A DNA stretch of 64,000 nucleotides. Source: Nitrospiria bacterium. GTDB taxonomy: Bacteria; Nitrospirota; Nitrospiria; JACQBW01. The notes beneath the pieces are model-generated. The model saw only the letters and a program-made list of their open reading frames with translations. It ran no database searches and was not told the origin of the DNA. Positions 8,761 through 17,338 of this stretch are shown here, piece by piece. The first letter of the stretch is position 1. Each line of letters opens with the position of its first letter. The stretch lies in assembly GCA_041486115.1 (NCBI GenBank), contig JBGPKT010000001.1, positions 405 through 64,404 on the forward strand, written 5' to 3'. The translations under genes and the position numbers were made by a program.

Positions 8761-10796
8761 ATCTTTTTATTTTTCTTTAAAACCTCGTCGATTAACATCG
8801 CGACATCCAGGACAAGAATAATTTTTTTATTCCCCAGTTCACAGGCCCCCGCTATTCCGGGAAGGGTGCCCAAAACTCCCCCCAGAGATTTAATGACAAT
8901 TTCCTGCTGGCCCAAAAGGTGTTCTACGACCAGTCCGATCCGCTTTTCCGCGGCGCCGATCACAATCACATAAAGAGACCCCTGATTGGAGTCCGCGGTC
9001 TCCAGCCGGAACAGCTCTTCCAGTCGCAAAAGAGAAATCGTCTGCTCCCTGAGTTGAATGACCTCCCTCCCGTCGACCGATTGGATGTCCTTCCGGTTCA
9101 CCATCAGACTTTCAGACACCGAGTTGATGGGGATCGCATAGGTGTTCCCCCCTATTTTAACGATCAGCGCCCGGATAATAATCAAGGTGATCGGAAGGGT
9201 AATAGAAAATTTCGCGCCCCTTCCGGGTTCCGATTCCACGCTCACCATTCCGGACATTTTGGCGATATTTTTTGCCACGACGTCCAGGCCGACTCCGCGG
9301 CCGGAAAGGTCTGTAATGGTTTTACTCGTACTGAACCCGGGGAGGAAAAGAAAATCAACAAGTTCTTTTCGGGAATATTCTTTCTTCGGGTCCGCCAGAT
9401 TTTTTTCAAGGGCTTTCTGATAGACCGCCGAAAGTTCAATGCCCTGACCATCATCTTCGACTTCAACAAGCACATGGTTCCCTTTTTGAAAAGCCCTCAA
9501 ATAAATATTTCCGGTTTCAGGCTTTCCGGCGGCGGCTCTTTCGTCCTTCGATTCAAGACCATGATCGATCGCATTTCGGATCAGATGCATGATAGGGTCC
9601 GCGATTGATTCAATCATCGACTTGTCGAGAGCGGTCTCTTCCCCTGAAATATGAATATTGACCGGTTTTTTTATCTCTCTTGAAATCTTTCTGACCATGC
9701 GGACAAACCGGTCGAAGATCTGGCCGATCGGGGTCATTCTGACCTGAATGAGGCTCTCCTGCAGCTCGCCAATTTTTCTGCCGATCCGCTCGAGGGTTTT
9801 CTGAAAATCGAGCCCCGTGTCGGAAAAGCTGTTCTTATCAATCAGCGCATTCCCCTGCTGTTGAATGACCGTTTTACTTAAAACAAGCTCTCCGACGATA
9901 TTCATCAGCACATCCAGTTTGGAAATATCCACCCGGACCGTCTGCGTCACGCTTTTGAGCGACTCAGAAGCTTCATCGTTGGACCCTGCCGGTCCGACCT
10001 GCGGATCGGTAGATCCAAAGACCGGAGCAAGAGGCCCCGCGGACTTCTCGATTTCCGAGATTTCGACGCTCTCTCCGGTCCATTTGACCTCCTTATGAAC
10101 CAGATCTTCTTTGGAAGCGATAATAATTTTGAACAGAATTCCCGCTCCGGGAGAAAGTCCCGATGCGGGGAGAGAAGTGATCACCTCGCCGTGGGGCTTA
10201 ATCTGTTCGAGCGTCCGGCCAAGATCCAGATCAAAAGACTCGATCTTATACTTCACCCGCATTTCAAATATACGCAGTCTGTTTTTAAGGTTTTCCTTCA
10301 AGCGGTGCGTTTCATATTCGGTAAAAGTTTTAAGTATTTCGGGGTCTATCCCCATCCCTTCGCCTACGGGAGCGGGCGCTTCTCCCTCCGAACCCTGAAC
10401 GAGCATCTTTTCAATCCGGCTGATCATCGGGGCGGGGTCGATGGGCTTTTTTTCAGGCGTATTCATTGATTGAAGCATCGTCCTGAGGAGCTGCGTCGCC
10501 TCCGTTAACAGGCTGATCATGGGCTCGGTCACGTTGAGTTTTCCGAGACGAAGCTTGTCTAAAAGATCTTCCATGTGATGGGAAAGGGAAGAAAGCGATA
10601 TCAAGCCGATCATTCCGGCCGCCCCCTTAAGGGTATGGATCGCCCTGAACATCGAATGAACCGTATTCGGAGACGACCCTGAAGCGGAATTCCGCTCGGT
10701 ATCCAGGGCATAAAGGTTCTGCTCCATGCTTTCGATTATTTCTTCGGCTTCGGCCATAAAATCTTTAAGGAGACCGTCTTGTTTTTTAACAGGCAT
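8757..10796 (-). CDS. cheA: chemotaxis histidine kinase CheA
   Basis: Hpt motif HTLKGAAG, HATPase motifs DDGQGI and GRGVGLD, C-terminal CheW-like domain. Linker holds repeat copy D (APVFGSTDPQVGPAG). Confidence 0.92.
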   Translation of the reverse strand: MPVKKQDGLLKDFMAEAEEIIESMEQNLYALDTERNSASGSSPNTVHSMFRAIHTLKGAAGMIGLISLSSLSHHMEDLLDKLRLGKLNVTEPMISLLTEATQLLRTMLQSMNTPEKKPIDPAPMISRIEKMLVQGSEGEAPAPVGEGMGIDPEILKTFTEYETHRLKENLKNRLRIFEMRVKYKIESFDLDLGRTLEQIKPHGEVITSLPASGLSPGAGILFKIIIASKEDLVHKEVKWTGESVEISEIEKSAGPLAPVFGSTDPQVGPAGSNDEASESLKSVTQTVRVDISKLDVLMNIVGELVLSKTVIQQQGNALIDKNSFSDTGLDFQKTLERIGRKIGELQESLIQVRMTPIGQIFDRFVRMVRKISREIKKPVNIHISGEETALDKSMIESIADPIMHLIRNAIDHGLESKDERAAAGKPETGNIYLRAFQKGNHVLVEVEDDGQGIELSAVYQKALEKNLADPKKEYSRKELVDFLFLPGFSTSKTITDLSGRGVGLDVVAKNIAKMSGMVSVESEPGRGAKFSITLPITLIIIRALIVKIGGNTYAIPINSVSESLMVNRKDIQSVDGREVIQLREQTISLLRLEELFRLETADSNQGSLYVIVIGAAEKRIGLVVEHLLGQQEIVIKSLGGVLGTLPGIAGACELGNKKIILVLDVAMLIDEVLKKNKKI
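9989..10026 (-). repeat. dispersed modular repeat copy D (short tail + one unit), in frame in the cheA linker
   Basis: CCGGTCCGACCTGCGGATCGGTAGATCCAAAGACCGGA. Confidence 0.8.
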
Positions 10797-10800
10797 TGTA

Positions 10801-11175
10801 TTAACTCATGACCTTCTGGATAATTTTTTTAAGATTTTCCGGGAGAAAGGGCTTTGTAATATACTCTGATGCTCCGAGCGCCAGCCCTTTTTGGATCTCT
10901 TTTTCCCCCTGTTCGGTCGAAACAATGATCATGGGGATAGATTTGTATTCCGGATGGCCTTTGACAAAGCTGACCACTTCAAGGCCATTAATATTCGGCA
11001 TGTTAATATCCGTGATAATCAGATCAAATTTCTGGGTCGGAAGGGTTTTCAAAGCCTCTATGCCGTTTGTCACCTCAACCGCTTCATACCCGGACAGGTC
11101 TTCTATCGTGTCCACAATGAGAGACCTCATTGTAGACGAATCCTCCACCACCATGACTTTCTTATTCATCTTCAT
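10801..11175 (-). CDS. cheY: CheY-like single-domain response regulator
   Basis: 124 aa REC; DLIITDINMP phospho-acceptor region; conserved K in ITKPF. Confidence 0.85.
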   Translation of the reverse strand: MKMNKKVMVVEDSSTMRSLIVDTIEDLSGYEAVEVTNGIEALKTLPTQKFDLIITDINMPNINGLEVVSFVKGHPEYKSIPMIIVSTEQGEKEIQKGLALGASEYITKPFLPENLKKIIQKVMS

Positions 11176-11235
11176 CGCTCAACTTCCCTTCATATAAAAA
11201 ATAGCCGACAATCGGAATTCTGTCTAATCACACTT

Positions 11236-12372
11236 TCAGGGTTTCTTCTCCGGCGACACTTTTCCAAATGCAAAACCGGCCACTTTGATAAAGGTTTCCA
11301 GCCCCTCTGTTGCGCCAATGGGCTGAGGCAAAGGGAGATTATCTCCATAGAGAAAAGCGATGACCCTCCCTTCGCTGACAATCGGAGCCACAAGAACCTC
11401 TTCGGGCCACTCTCCTCCCAAATGGGTGATCATTTCTGAGTTCCATTTATTGGCTTCGAGCTTTCCCCTGAGGCTCCGTTTTTGACTAAGACACCCTTTA
11501 AAAACGGAATCTTCCGATAGGGGAATTTTTATTCTCCGCACTTCCTGATCGGACGATTTCCCAGGCAAAACAATGCCGGATTGCCCCCATCCGAGAATCT
11601 CCTCTTTCTTAATGAGGAAGACGACTGTCCGATTTAAAATTTCTCCCGCAAAACGGAGAATCAATAAGATGATTTCTCCTCCCGACGAAGGAGAGGACAA
11701 CTCATCAATCATCGTATTGAGGATCTGCAAGTCTTTCCTGATCCCGCTTTCTTCCTCCGGGCCCATTTTCTCAATAGCGGCTTCTTTTTGAATTTCATCC
11801 TGAAAACTGGGTGCTTTTGGAGGAGGCGCTTCCGGCGAGGCTTCTTCGAACGAACCCATCGAGTCAAAGTTTCCGGGCTCATCCAGACCGCCTTGTTCAT
11901 CTGAAATCCTTGCCCCTTCCAGCAAGAGGTATTCCGCGCTCATTCCTTTTGAAAGAATAATGGATTCATCCCCCGGGGGAGTTCCCAGCTCAAAATGGAA
12001 ATTTCCTTTTTTCCAGCGCAGCAGTTCCTGGACCACCGCTGAAATATGGAGGCGGACTTCTTTTTCAAGGACTGCTCTATCGATTCCCATTTCATACAGG
12101 ATCGTTCCGAGGGGTTTTTTCTGAATCCCCTGGCTTTGCAGGGAAAGGGCCTTTGATAAAAGGTCATTCGGAACAATTCCTTTTTTAACTAATTTCTCGC
12201 CGAGCAAACCCTTGGAAGAAAGACTGCCAAAAACAATCTGGCCCTTGCTGAAATAAACAGACCCGGAGTCATTCTGATGGATGATCGATAACTCTCCGGA
12301 CCGCTTGCTTAAGCTTAATATCTGGATAATATCGGTAAGCCCGAGGTCTTCGAGCTGCCCTTCTAAACTCAT
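11236..12372 (-). CDS. DUF4388 (PATAN-like) domain protein with GAF-like C-terminal region; first gene of the che operon
   Basis: N-terminus LEGQLEDLGLTDIIQILSLSKRSGEL matches my memory of the DUF4388 signature. Acidic linker, then an alpha/beta C-terminal domain. Confidence 0.65.
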   Translation of the reverse strand: MSLEGQLEDLGLTDIIQILSLSKRSGELSIIHQNDSGSVYFSKGQIVFGSLSSKGLLGEKLVKKGIVPNDLLSKALSLQSQGIQKKPLGTILYEMGIDRAVLEKEVRLHISAVVQELLRWKKGNFHFELGTPPGDESIILSKGMSAEYLLLEGARISDEQGGLDEPGNFDSMGSFEEASPEAPPPKAPSFQDEIQKEAAIEKMGPEEESGIRKDLQILNTMIDELSSPSSGGEIILLILRFAGEILNRTVVFLIKKEEILGWGQSGIVLPGKSSDQEVRRIKIPLSEDSVFKGCLSQKRSLRGKLEANKWNSEMITHLGGEWPEEVLVAPIVSEGRVIAFLYGDNLPLPQPIGATEGLETFIKVAGFAFGKVSPEKKP

Positions 12373-12640
12373 AACGTTTTAGTCCAATACAGATATTGCC
12401 CAGGGCGCGATTTCGACACAGAAAAGCGCATAAATCGATTGCGTTACTCCCTGTTTAAAGTTCATTTTGCCGCTATGCAGTTTTAATTATATCAGATACT
12501 TCAGTTTGTGCCAGGAAGGCTAAAGAATTTAAAATATTTCAAGGTTTTTAAAATTAAACCCTTTTAAAATGAGAAGACCACATAAATAGATAGAAACAAA
12601 TAACGCCCTTAAATTTGCTGAGCGAAGTGGTTTAGCTGAT

Positions 12641-12668
12641 TTGACAATTGGCAGATTTGATTTAAAAT
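12641..12668 (+). promoter_or_regulatory. sigma-70-type promoter (TTGACA-16 nt-TAAAAT)
   Basis: TTGACA at 12641-12646 and TAAAAT at 12663-12668, about 35 nt upstream of the ATG at 12702, which has a GGGAGG SD. Confidence 0.5.
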
Positions 12669-12701
12669 TAAATCTGGAACTTAGAAATGGGAGGAAACGA
12701 C

Positions 12702-12857
12702 ATGTCAGAACATATTTCTGAATTTCATAAATCACACAGATGTCCGGAATGTACTTCAGAAGAAACCGCCGTCATTCAGACGCACGGTAAATTTTTTATT
12801 CATTGTAAAAACTGCAATGTGGAAAGTCCTATAAAAGCGATTAAAAAAGCGGCTTAG
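12702..12857 (+). CDS. 51-aa zinc-ribbon protein (CxxC...CxxC)
   Basis: Below the ORF-track size cutoff. ATG 12702 with GGGAGG 7 nt upstream. MSEHISEFHKSHRCPECTSEETAVIQTHGKFFIHCKNCNVESPIKAIKKAA; TAG at 12855-12857. Confidence 0.4.
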   Translation: MSEHISEFHKSHRCPECTSEETAVIQTHGKFFIHCKNCNVESPIKAIKKAA

Positions 12858-12930
12858 CTGATTTTATGAGATGACTTTCAAGGTCTCTTATTTAAAAAAG
12901 GGTGCTTTTAATTCTCAGCTCAAGAGGTCT

Positions 12931-12975
12931 CCGGATTCGCACAAATCCGTCATACCCGCGAAAGCGGGTATCCAG
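12931..12975 (+). repeat. REP-like hairpin element (CCCGCGAAAGCGGG core)
   Basis: CGGATTCGCACAAATCCG stem-loop followed by CATACCCGCGAAAGCGGGTATCCAG. Same family as 28960-28991, in the opposite orientation. Confidence 0.7.
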
Positions 12976-13015
12976 TCATATAAGTTATTTCTATCATGAA
13001 CAGTCTAAAAGATAA

Positions 13016-13255
13016 TCAGATCATTTTAAACGTGTAGTCTTCCACAACCGTGTTGGCAAGAAGTTTTTCACACATTTCTTTTATGGTGGCAGGCGTAACG
13101 GGGAGATTGGATTCTTTGACCTCGATCTGGATCAGTTTGCCGATCCGGACTTCGGAAAAGCCGCTATAGCCCAAATTTTCCAGGGCATGATGGACGGCTT
13201 TCCCCTGCGGGTCAAGAATCCCTTTTTTTGGAAGAACCTGAATTTCAATTTTCAT
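13016..13255 (-). CDS. purS: phosphoribosylformylglycinamidine synthase subunit PurS
   Basis: MKIEIQVLPKKGILDPQGKAVHHALENLGY is typical PurS. Start chosen at the internal ATG with GGAAAG SD; the ORF track extends to 13306. Confidence 0.85.
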   Translation of the reverse strand: MKIEIQVLPKKGILDPQGKAVHHALENLGYSGFSEVRIGKLIQIEVKESNLPVTPATIKEMCEKLLANTVVEDYTFKMI

Positions 13256-13332
13256 ATTTTTTTCTTTCCTTCTGTGTTTTTCTAATTTAACACTTCCACA
13301 ATTCAACTCTTCATTATTCAGCAGCCTGCCAA

Positions 13333-14040
13333 TTAATCAGAGGTCACCCGGCGATAAACTTCCTGATAGGCCTCCTCGACCTTCCCCATATCTCTCCGGA
13401 ACCGGTCTTTGTCCATTTTTTCCAATGAATGTTTGTCCCATAGCCTGCAGGTGTCGGGGCAAATTTCATCCCCCAGGATCACCTGACCCTTAAACAAGCC
13501 GAATTCAAGCTTAAAATCGACCAGGATCATATTTTTAGAATCGAAAAACCGGACCAATATCTGATTGATCCGAAGGGCCATCTGTTTGACGGTTTTCAGA
13601 TTTTCTCCGGAGGTTAAATGCAGAAGGTCAATATGATCTTCATTGATCATCGGATCCCCCAGCGCATCATTTTTGAGATAATATTCGGTGATGGGAAAGT
13701 CCAGTTTCTTCCCTTCGTCAATCCCCAGGCGTTTGGATAAACTTCCCGCCGCAACGTTACGGACCACCACTTCAATCGGAATAATCTTGATATATTTCGT
13801 CAGGACCTCCCGGTCGCTCAATCGCTTGACAAAATGGGTCGGAATCCCTTCTTTTTCAAGAAGGCCAAAGAGCTTTTCGCTGATCTGATTGTTAAAAACC
13901 CCTTTATTGACAATCGTCCCTTTTTTAAGAGCGTTAAATGCCGTCGCGTCATCCTTAAAGTATTGGACTACCAGATCGGGGTCGTCTGTTGAAAAGAGTC
14001 TTTTTGCCTTTCCCTCGTAAATCATTTCTTTTTGTTTCAT
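13333..14040 (-). CDS. purC: phosphoribosylaminoimidazole-succinocarboxamide synthase
   Basis: 235 aa. YEGKAKRLF..., DKDRFRRD: SAICAR synthase motifs. Confidence 0.92.
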   Translation of the reverse strand: MKQKEMIYEGKAKRLFSTDDPDLVVQYFKDDATAFNALKKGTIVNKGVFNNQISEKLFGLLEKEGIPTHFVKRLSDREVLTKYIKIIPIEVVVRNVAAGSLSKRLGIDEGKKLDFPITEYYLKNDALGDPMINEDHIDLLHLTSGENLKTVKQMALRINQILVRFFDSKNMILVDFKLEFGLFKGQVILGDEICPDTCRLWDKHSLEKMDKDRFRRDMGKVEEAYQEVYRRVTSD

Positions 14041-14960
14041 GATGACGTTCCTATTTTATAGGGTATCTCGATCTGCTCTTCTTTGAATCTTGTTGAAATT
14101 TCGGCGCTCACCGCATCGACCGCTTTTTCCTGTTGTTCGACCTCTACCCAGAACCGGAGGATCACCGAAAGCCCGAACCTTCCAAAACCGGAAAATAACA
14201 CTTCGGGCGGGGGGTTTTGAATGACCCACTCCACCCGGCCCGCGATCGATTTCAGAAGCGCTCTGACTTTTTCAATGTCTGTTCCGCAGGCCACATTAAA
14301 TTTGAGCTGATGGCGGAGCCGGGTGTCAGGCTGGGAGAGGTTGACCAGCTGCATATTCACGAGCTCGGTGTTCGGAATGATGATGATATTATGATCCTGA
14401 TCTTTTAGCCTGACGCTTCTCAGGCCGATGGAGACGACAGTCCCCGTTTTTCCGCTGGCCAGTTTGATCCTGTCGTTGAGTTTAAACGGCCGGTCAATCA
14501 TGATAATCAGGCCTGAGATGGTATTCGCCAGAGTATCCTTTGCCGCCAGGCCGATGGCAAGCGACCCGATCCCCAGCGCGGCAATGACGGAACCGAAATT
14601 GTAATCAAAATGCCCCATCAGGATCGTCAATCCGGTCAGAATCACAAACAGCTTGACGGTCGTATCGATCAGAGGAAGAAATTTTTCAATCGAAATATGT
14701 TCTTTTGAAGCGATCCGTTCGGTGTAACGGTTCACGAAAAGGTTAATCAAATCGTAGCTGATCTTGACCGACAGTAAAACCGAGAGGGTGAAAAAAAGGT
14801 TGTCTATAATCTTCAGGTTAGGGATAAAGTAGTCGGCAATACGAGCGGTCCGGTCCGGAATGCCAAAACGGAGAAGGACAAGATAAGTCCCAAAAAGGAT
14901 CATCAGAGATAAAAACGGGACCTTGATTTTTTTTAAGATCTCTTTAGCCAGAGATATCAT
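14037..14960 (-). CDS. mechanosensitive ion channel (MscS family)
   Basis: TM helices followed by the MscS beta-domain (GLIIMIDRPFKLNDRIKL..GTVVSIGLRSVRL). Confidence 0.85.
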   Translation of the reverse strand: MISLAKEILKKIKVPFLSLMILFGTYLVLLRFGIPDRTARIADYFIPNLKIIDNLFFTLSVLLSVKISYDLINLFVNRYTERIASKEHISIEKFLPLIDTTVKLFVILTGLTILMGHFDYNFGSVIAALGIGSLAIGLAAKDTLANTISGLIIMIDRPFKLNDRIKLASGKTGTVVSIGLRSVRLKDQDHNIIIIPNTELVNMQLVNLSQPDTRLRHQLKFNVACGTDIEKVRALLKSIAGRVEWVIQNPPPEVLFSGFGRFGLSVILRFWVEVEQQEKAVDAVSAEISTRFKEEQIEIPYKIGTSS

Positions 14961-14969
14961 CTCAAACCT

Positions 14970-16271
14970 TTAATCCTGACCCTCAAACACCCTCTTAAAA
15001 ATCAGGTCGATATGCCTGACATAATACTTCGGGTCAAAACAGGATTTTAACTCCTCAAGCCCCATAAAGGAAAGAATCGACCGGTCGTTGATCAGGAGCT
15101 CTTCAAAAGAGGTCCCGTTATGCCACGATTCCATTGCCAGCTTCTGAACGATCTCGTAGGCCTCTTTTCTCTGCTCCCCTTTTTTCGCCAGCTCCAGCAA
15201 AATCCTCTGAGAATAGATGATCCCGTGGGTCAGTTCCAGATTCTCCCTCATTTTATCCGGAAAAACGGTTAAATTCTCAACCATTCTCGAAAACCGGTTT
15301 AAGACATAGTTCATTAAAATGGTCGTATCGGGGAGAATAATCCGTTCAACGGAGGAGTGGCTGATATCCCTTTCATGCCACAGGGAGATATTTTCAAGAG
15401 AGGCCATGGCGTTTGCCCGGATGACTCTCGCCAGGCCGGTCAGGTTTTCGGCGCCGATGGGGTTCCGTTTGTGCGGCATGGAGGACGACCCCTTCTGTCC
15501 TTCTGAAAAAAACTCTTCGGCTTCCCGCACTTCGGTCCGTTGAAGATGCCTGATCTCGGTCGAAAACTTTTCGATGCTGCTCGCTAATATTGCCAGAGTG
15601 GTCATGAGCTGGGCATGCCGGTCTCTTTGAACGATCTGGTTCGAAACCGGATCAGGGATCAGCCCTCCTCTTTCACAGACCCTCTTTTCGATCAATGGGT
15701 CCAGATGGGCAAAGGTCCCCATCGATCCGGAAATTTTACCGGTACGGATCACTTCTTTCGCCTGTTTCAGCCGATTTTCATTTCTTTTTAATTCGGCATA
15801 CCAGATCGCCAGTTTGAACCCAAAAGTAATCGGCTCTCCATGCACACCGTGAGATCTCCCGATCATCAGGGTATACCGGTACTCGTACGCCTTCCGTTTT
15901 ACCGCCTCAAGGGTCCGTTTCAGATCGGCAAGAAGTATGTCGCAGGCCTGATTTAAAAGAATCGCCAGCCCGGTATCGACCACGTCGGAAGAGGTCATGC
16001 CTAAATGGAGAAACCGGGAGGAAGGGCCGATCTGCTCCGAGATCGCGGTCATAAAGGCGATCACATCATGTTTGACCACTTCTTCAATTTCGGCAATCCG
16101 TTTGAGGTCGATTTTAGCCTTATTCCTGATATGATCGACATCCTCCCGGGTGGCAATCCCGAGCTCGGCCATCGCTTCACAGGCCCAGAGTTCAATGTCG
16201 AACCAGACCTGATATTTTTTTTCTTCGGTCCATAACGAGGACATTTCGGGAAGGGAATACCGCTTGATCAT
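14970..16271 (-). CDS. purB: adenylosuccinate lyase
   Basis: 433 aa; fumarate-lyase signature GSSSMPHKRNP. Confidence 0.92.
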   Translation of the reverse strand: MIKRYSLPEMSSLWTEEKKYQVWFDIELWACEAMAELGIATREDVDHIRNKAKIDLKRIAEIEEVVKHDVIAFMTAISEQIGPSSRFLHLGMTSSDVVDTGLAILLNQACDILLADLKRTLEAVKRKAYEYRYTLMIGRSHGVHGEPITFGFKLAIWYAELKRNENRLKQAKEVIRTGKISGSMGTFAHLDPLIEKRVCERGGLIPDPVSNQIVQRDRHAQLMTTLAILASSIEKFSTEIRHLQRTEVREAEEFFSEGQKGSSSMPHKRNPIGAENLTGLARVIRANAMASLENISLWHERDISHSSVERIILPDTTILMNYVLNRFSRMVENLTVFPDKMRENLELTHGIIYSQRILLELAKKGEQRKEAYEIVQKLAMESWHNGTSFEELLINDRSILSFMGLEELKSCFDPKYYVRHIDLIFKRVFEGQD

Positions 16272-16319
16272 TTTAGGACGGGCTCTCCTCCGGGCGGCAA
16301 AGACTTCCTGCCCCGGCTT

Positions 16320-16883
16320 TTATTTTGTCTGCGATGATAGTTCATGCCCGGCTCTGAAAGATAAAATGGTTTTCAGTTTGATCTCTTTAAGCGTCCGGTT
16401 CATCTCCTTGACTCTTTCTTTGTCCCTGGCATGAAACGTCAAGTCAATCACCGGGACTCTTTGAGGGTCTTTTTGATCCTCAAAAATTCCGTACAAAAAA
16501 GCGTTCAGCGCCAAAAAAAAATCCATGCGGCACCCTTCGATATCCCAAAGGTCCAGATAGGCTTCTTTAGCCCCTACCTGTTCAAGGCGCTCATAAAGAT
16601 TCGCCGCAAATTTCAAGATGACGGGGGGGGAAAACGCTTCCCTCTTCCCAAGGCCAACCCAAAAAATCTTCGGGGTTTTCGTTTTTCCGGAAGACATTAA
16701 CACAACCTCTCCGACCCTGCCGGAGATTTTGCCTGACTTCACCAGAGAGGAGAGCGCACTGTTGAGGATCCAGTCCATTTCACCGGCAAGCCCTTTAGGA
16801 GGAGCCATTTCATTAAAAAAACCAATCACAAGAATATCTGACATCACATTGATGGCTTTAAGCGACTGGACTTCAATATTCAT
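16320..16883 (-). CDS. hypothetical protein resembling the N-terminal (macro-like) domain of M17 leucyl aminopeptidases
   Basis: 187 aa. DILVIGFFNE...GKISGRVGEVVLM...KIFWVGLGKRE resembles the Peptidase_M17 N-domain, with no catalytic domain. 4-nt overlap with nusB. Confidence 0.5.
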   Translation of the reverse strand: MNIEVQSLKAINVMSDILVIGFFNEMAPPKGLAGEMDWILNSALSSLVKSGKISGRVGEVVLMSSGKTKTPKIFWVGLGKREAFSPPVILKFAANLYERLEQVGAKEAYLDLWDIEGCRMDFFLALNAFLYGIFEDQKDPQRVPVIDLTFHARDKERVKEMNRTLKEIKLKTILSFRAGHELSSQTK

Positions 16884-17338
16884 GGAAGCGCCTCTTTGAC
16901 AGGATCGGGATCCTCTGTCTTTTTATTCGCCGGAGGCACTTCTTTTAAAATCTTATCGAGGATTCCGTTAATAAAGGCTCCGGAGGCTTCCTCCGAATAT
17001 TTCTTCACGATATCGATCGCTTCGTTCAAAGTCACTCTGGCGGGGATATCCTCCCGGTATAAAAGCTCATAGACGGCGATCCTGAGGACATTCCGGTCCA
17101 CCCGGCTCATTCTGGCTAAAGACCAGTGCTCCGCATATTTTTCGAGCAGGGCGTCAATTTCAGAGAGATGTTCGAGGCACCCTCTGACCAGATCGTTTGA
17201 AAACTCCTTGACCACTTCTGCCGCGGGGTTGACCTCCCAGTACCTTTCGAGCAGGTTTCTTGGGTCATGGGTCACGTCGAGCTGAAACATCATCTGTAAT
17301 GCGCATTCCCGAGACCGGCGTCTTATTCCGACATTCAT
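16880..17338 (-). CDS. nusB: transcription antitermination factor NusB
   Basis: RRSRECALQMMFQ...NGILDKI is typical NusB. Start overlaps the ribH stop. Confidence 0.9.
   Translation of the reverse strand: MNVGIRRRSRECALQMMFQLDVTHDPRNLLERYWEVNPAAEVVKEFSNDLVRGCLEHLSEIDALLEKYAEHWSLARMSRVDRNVLRIAVYELLYREDIPARVTLNEAIDIVKKYSEEASGAFINGILDKILKEVPPANKKTEDPDPVKEALP

Noticed and set aside
8919-9608. 229-aa plus-strand ORF (and similar ORFs at 9142..9420 and 10095..10469) inside cheA
   Set aside because: It is antisense to a gene with unambiguous CheA motifs. The composition (R/P/G-rich, no recognisable domain) is typical of shadow ORFs.
12503-12519. Possible sigma-54 promoter for the che operon (minus strand CCTGGCACAAACTGAAG)
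   Set aside because: The -24 TGGCAC is good, but the -12 position reads GAAG instead of TTGC, so it is likely a chance match.
12529-12735. 68-aa minus-strand ORF in the che / zinc-ribbon intergenic region
   Set aside because: It lies in an AT-rich promoter region and overlaps the better-supported plus-strand promoter and small gene. Its composition is not protein-like.
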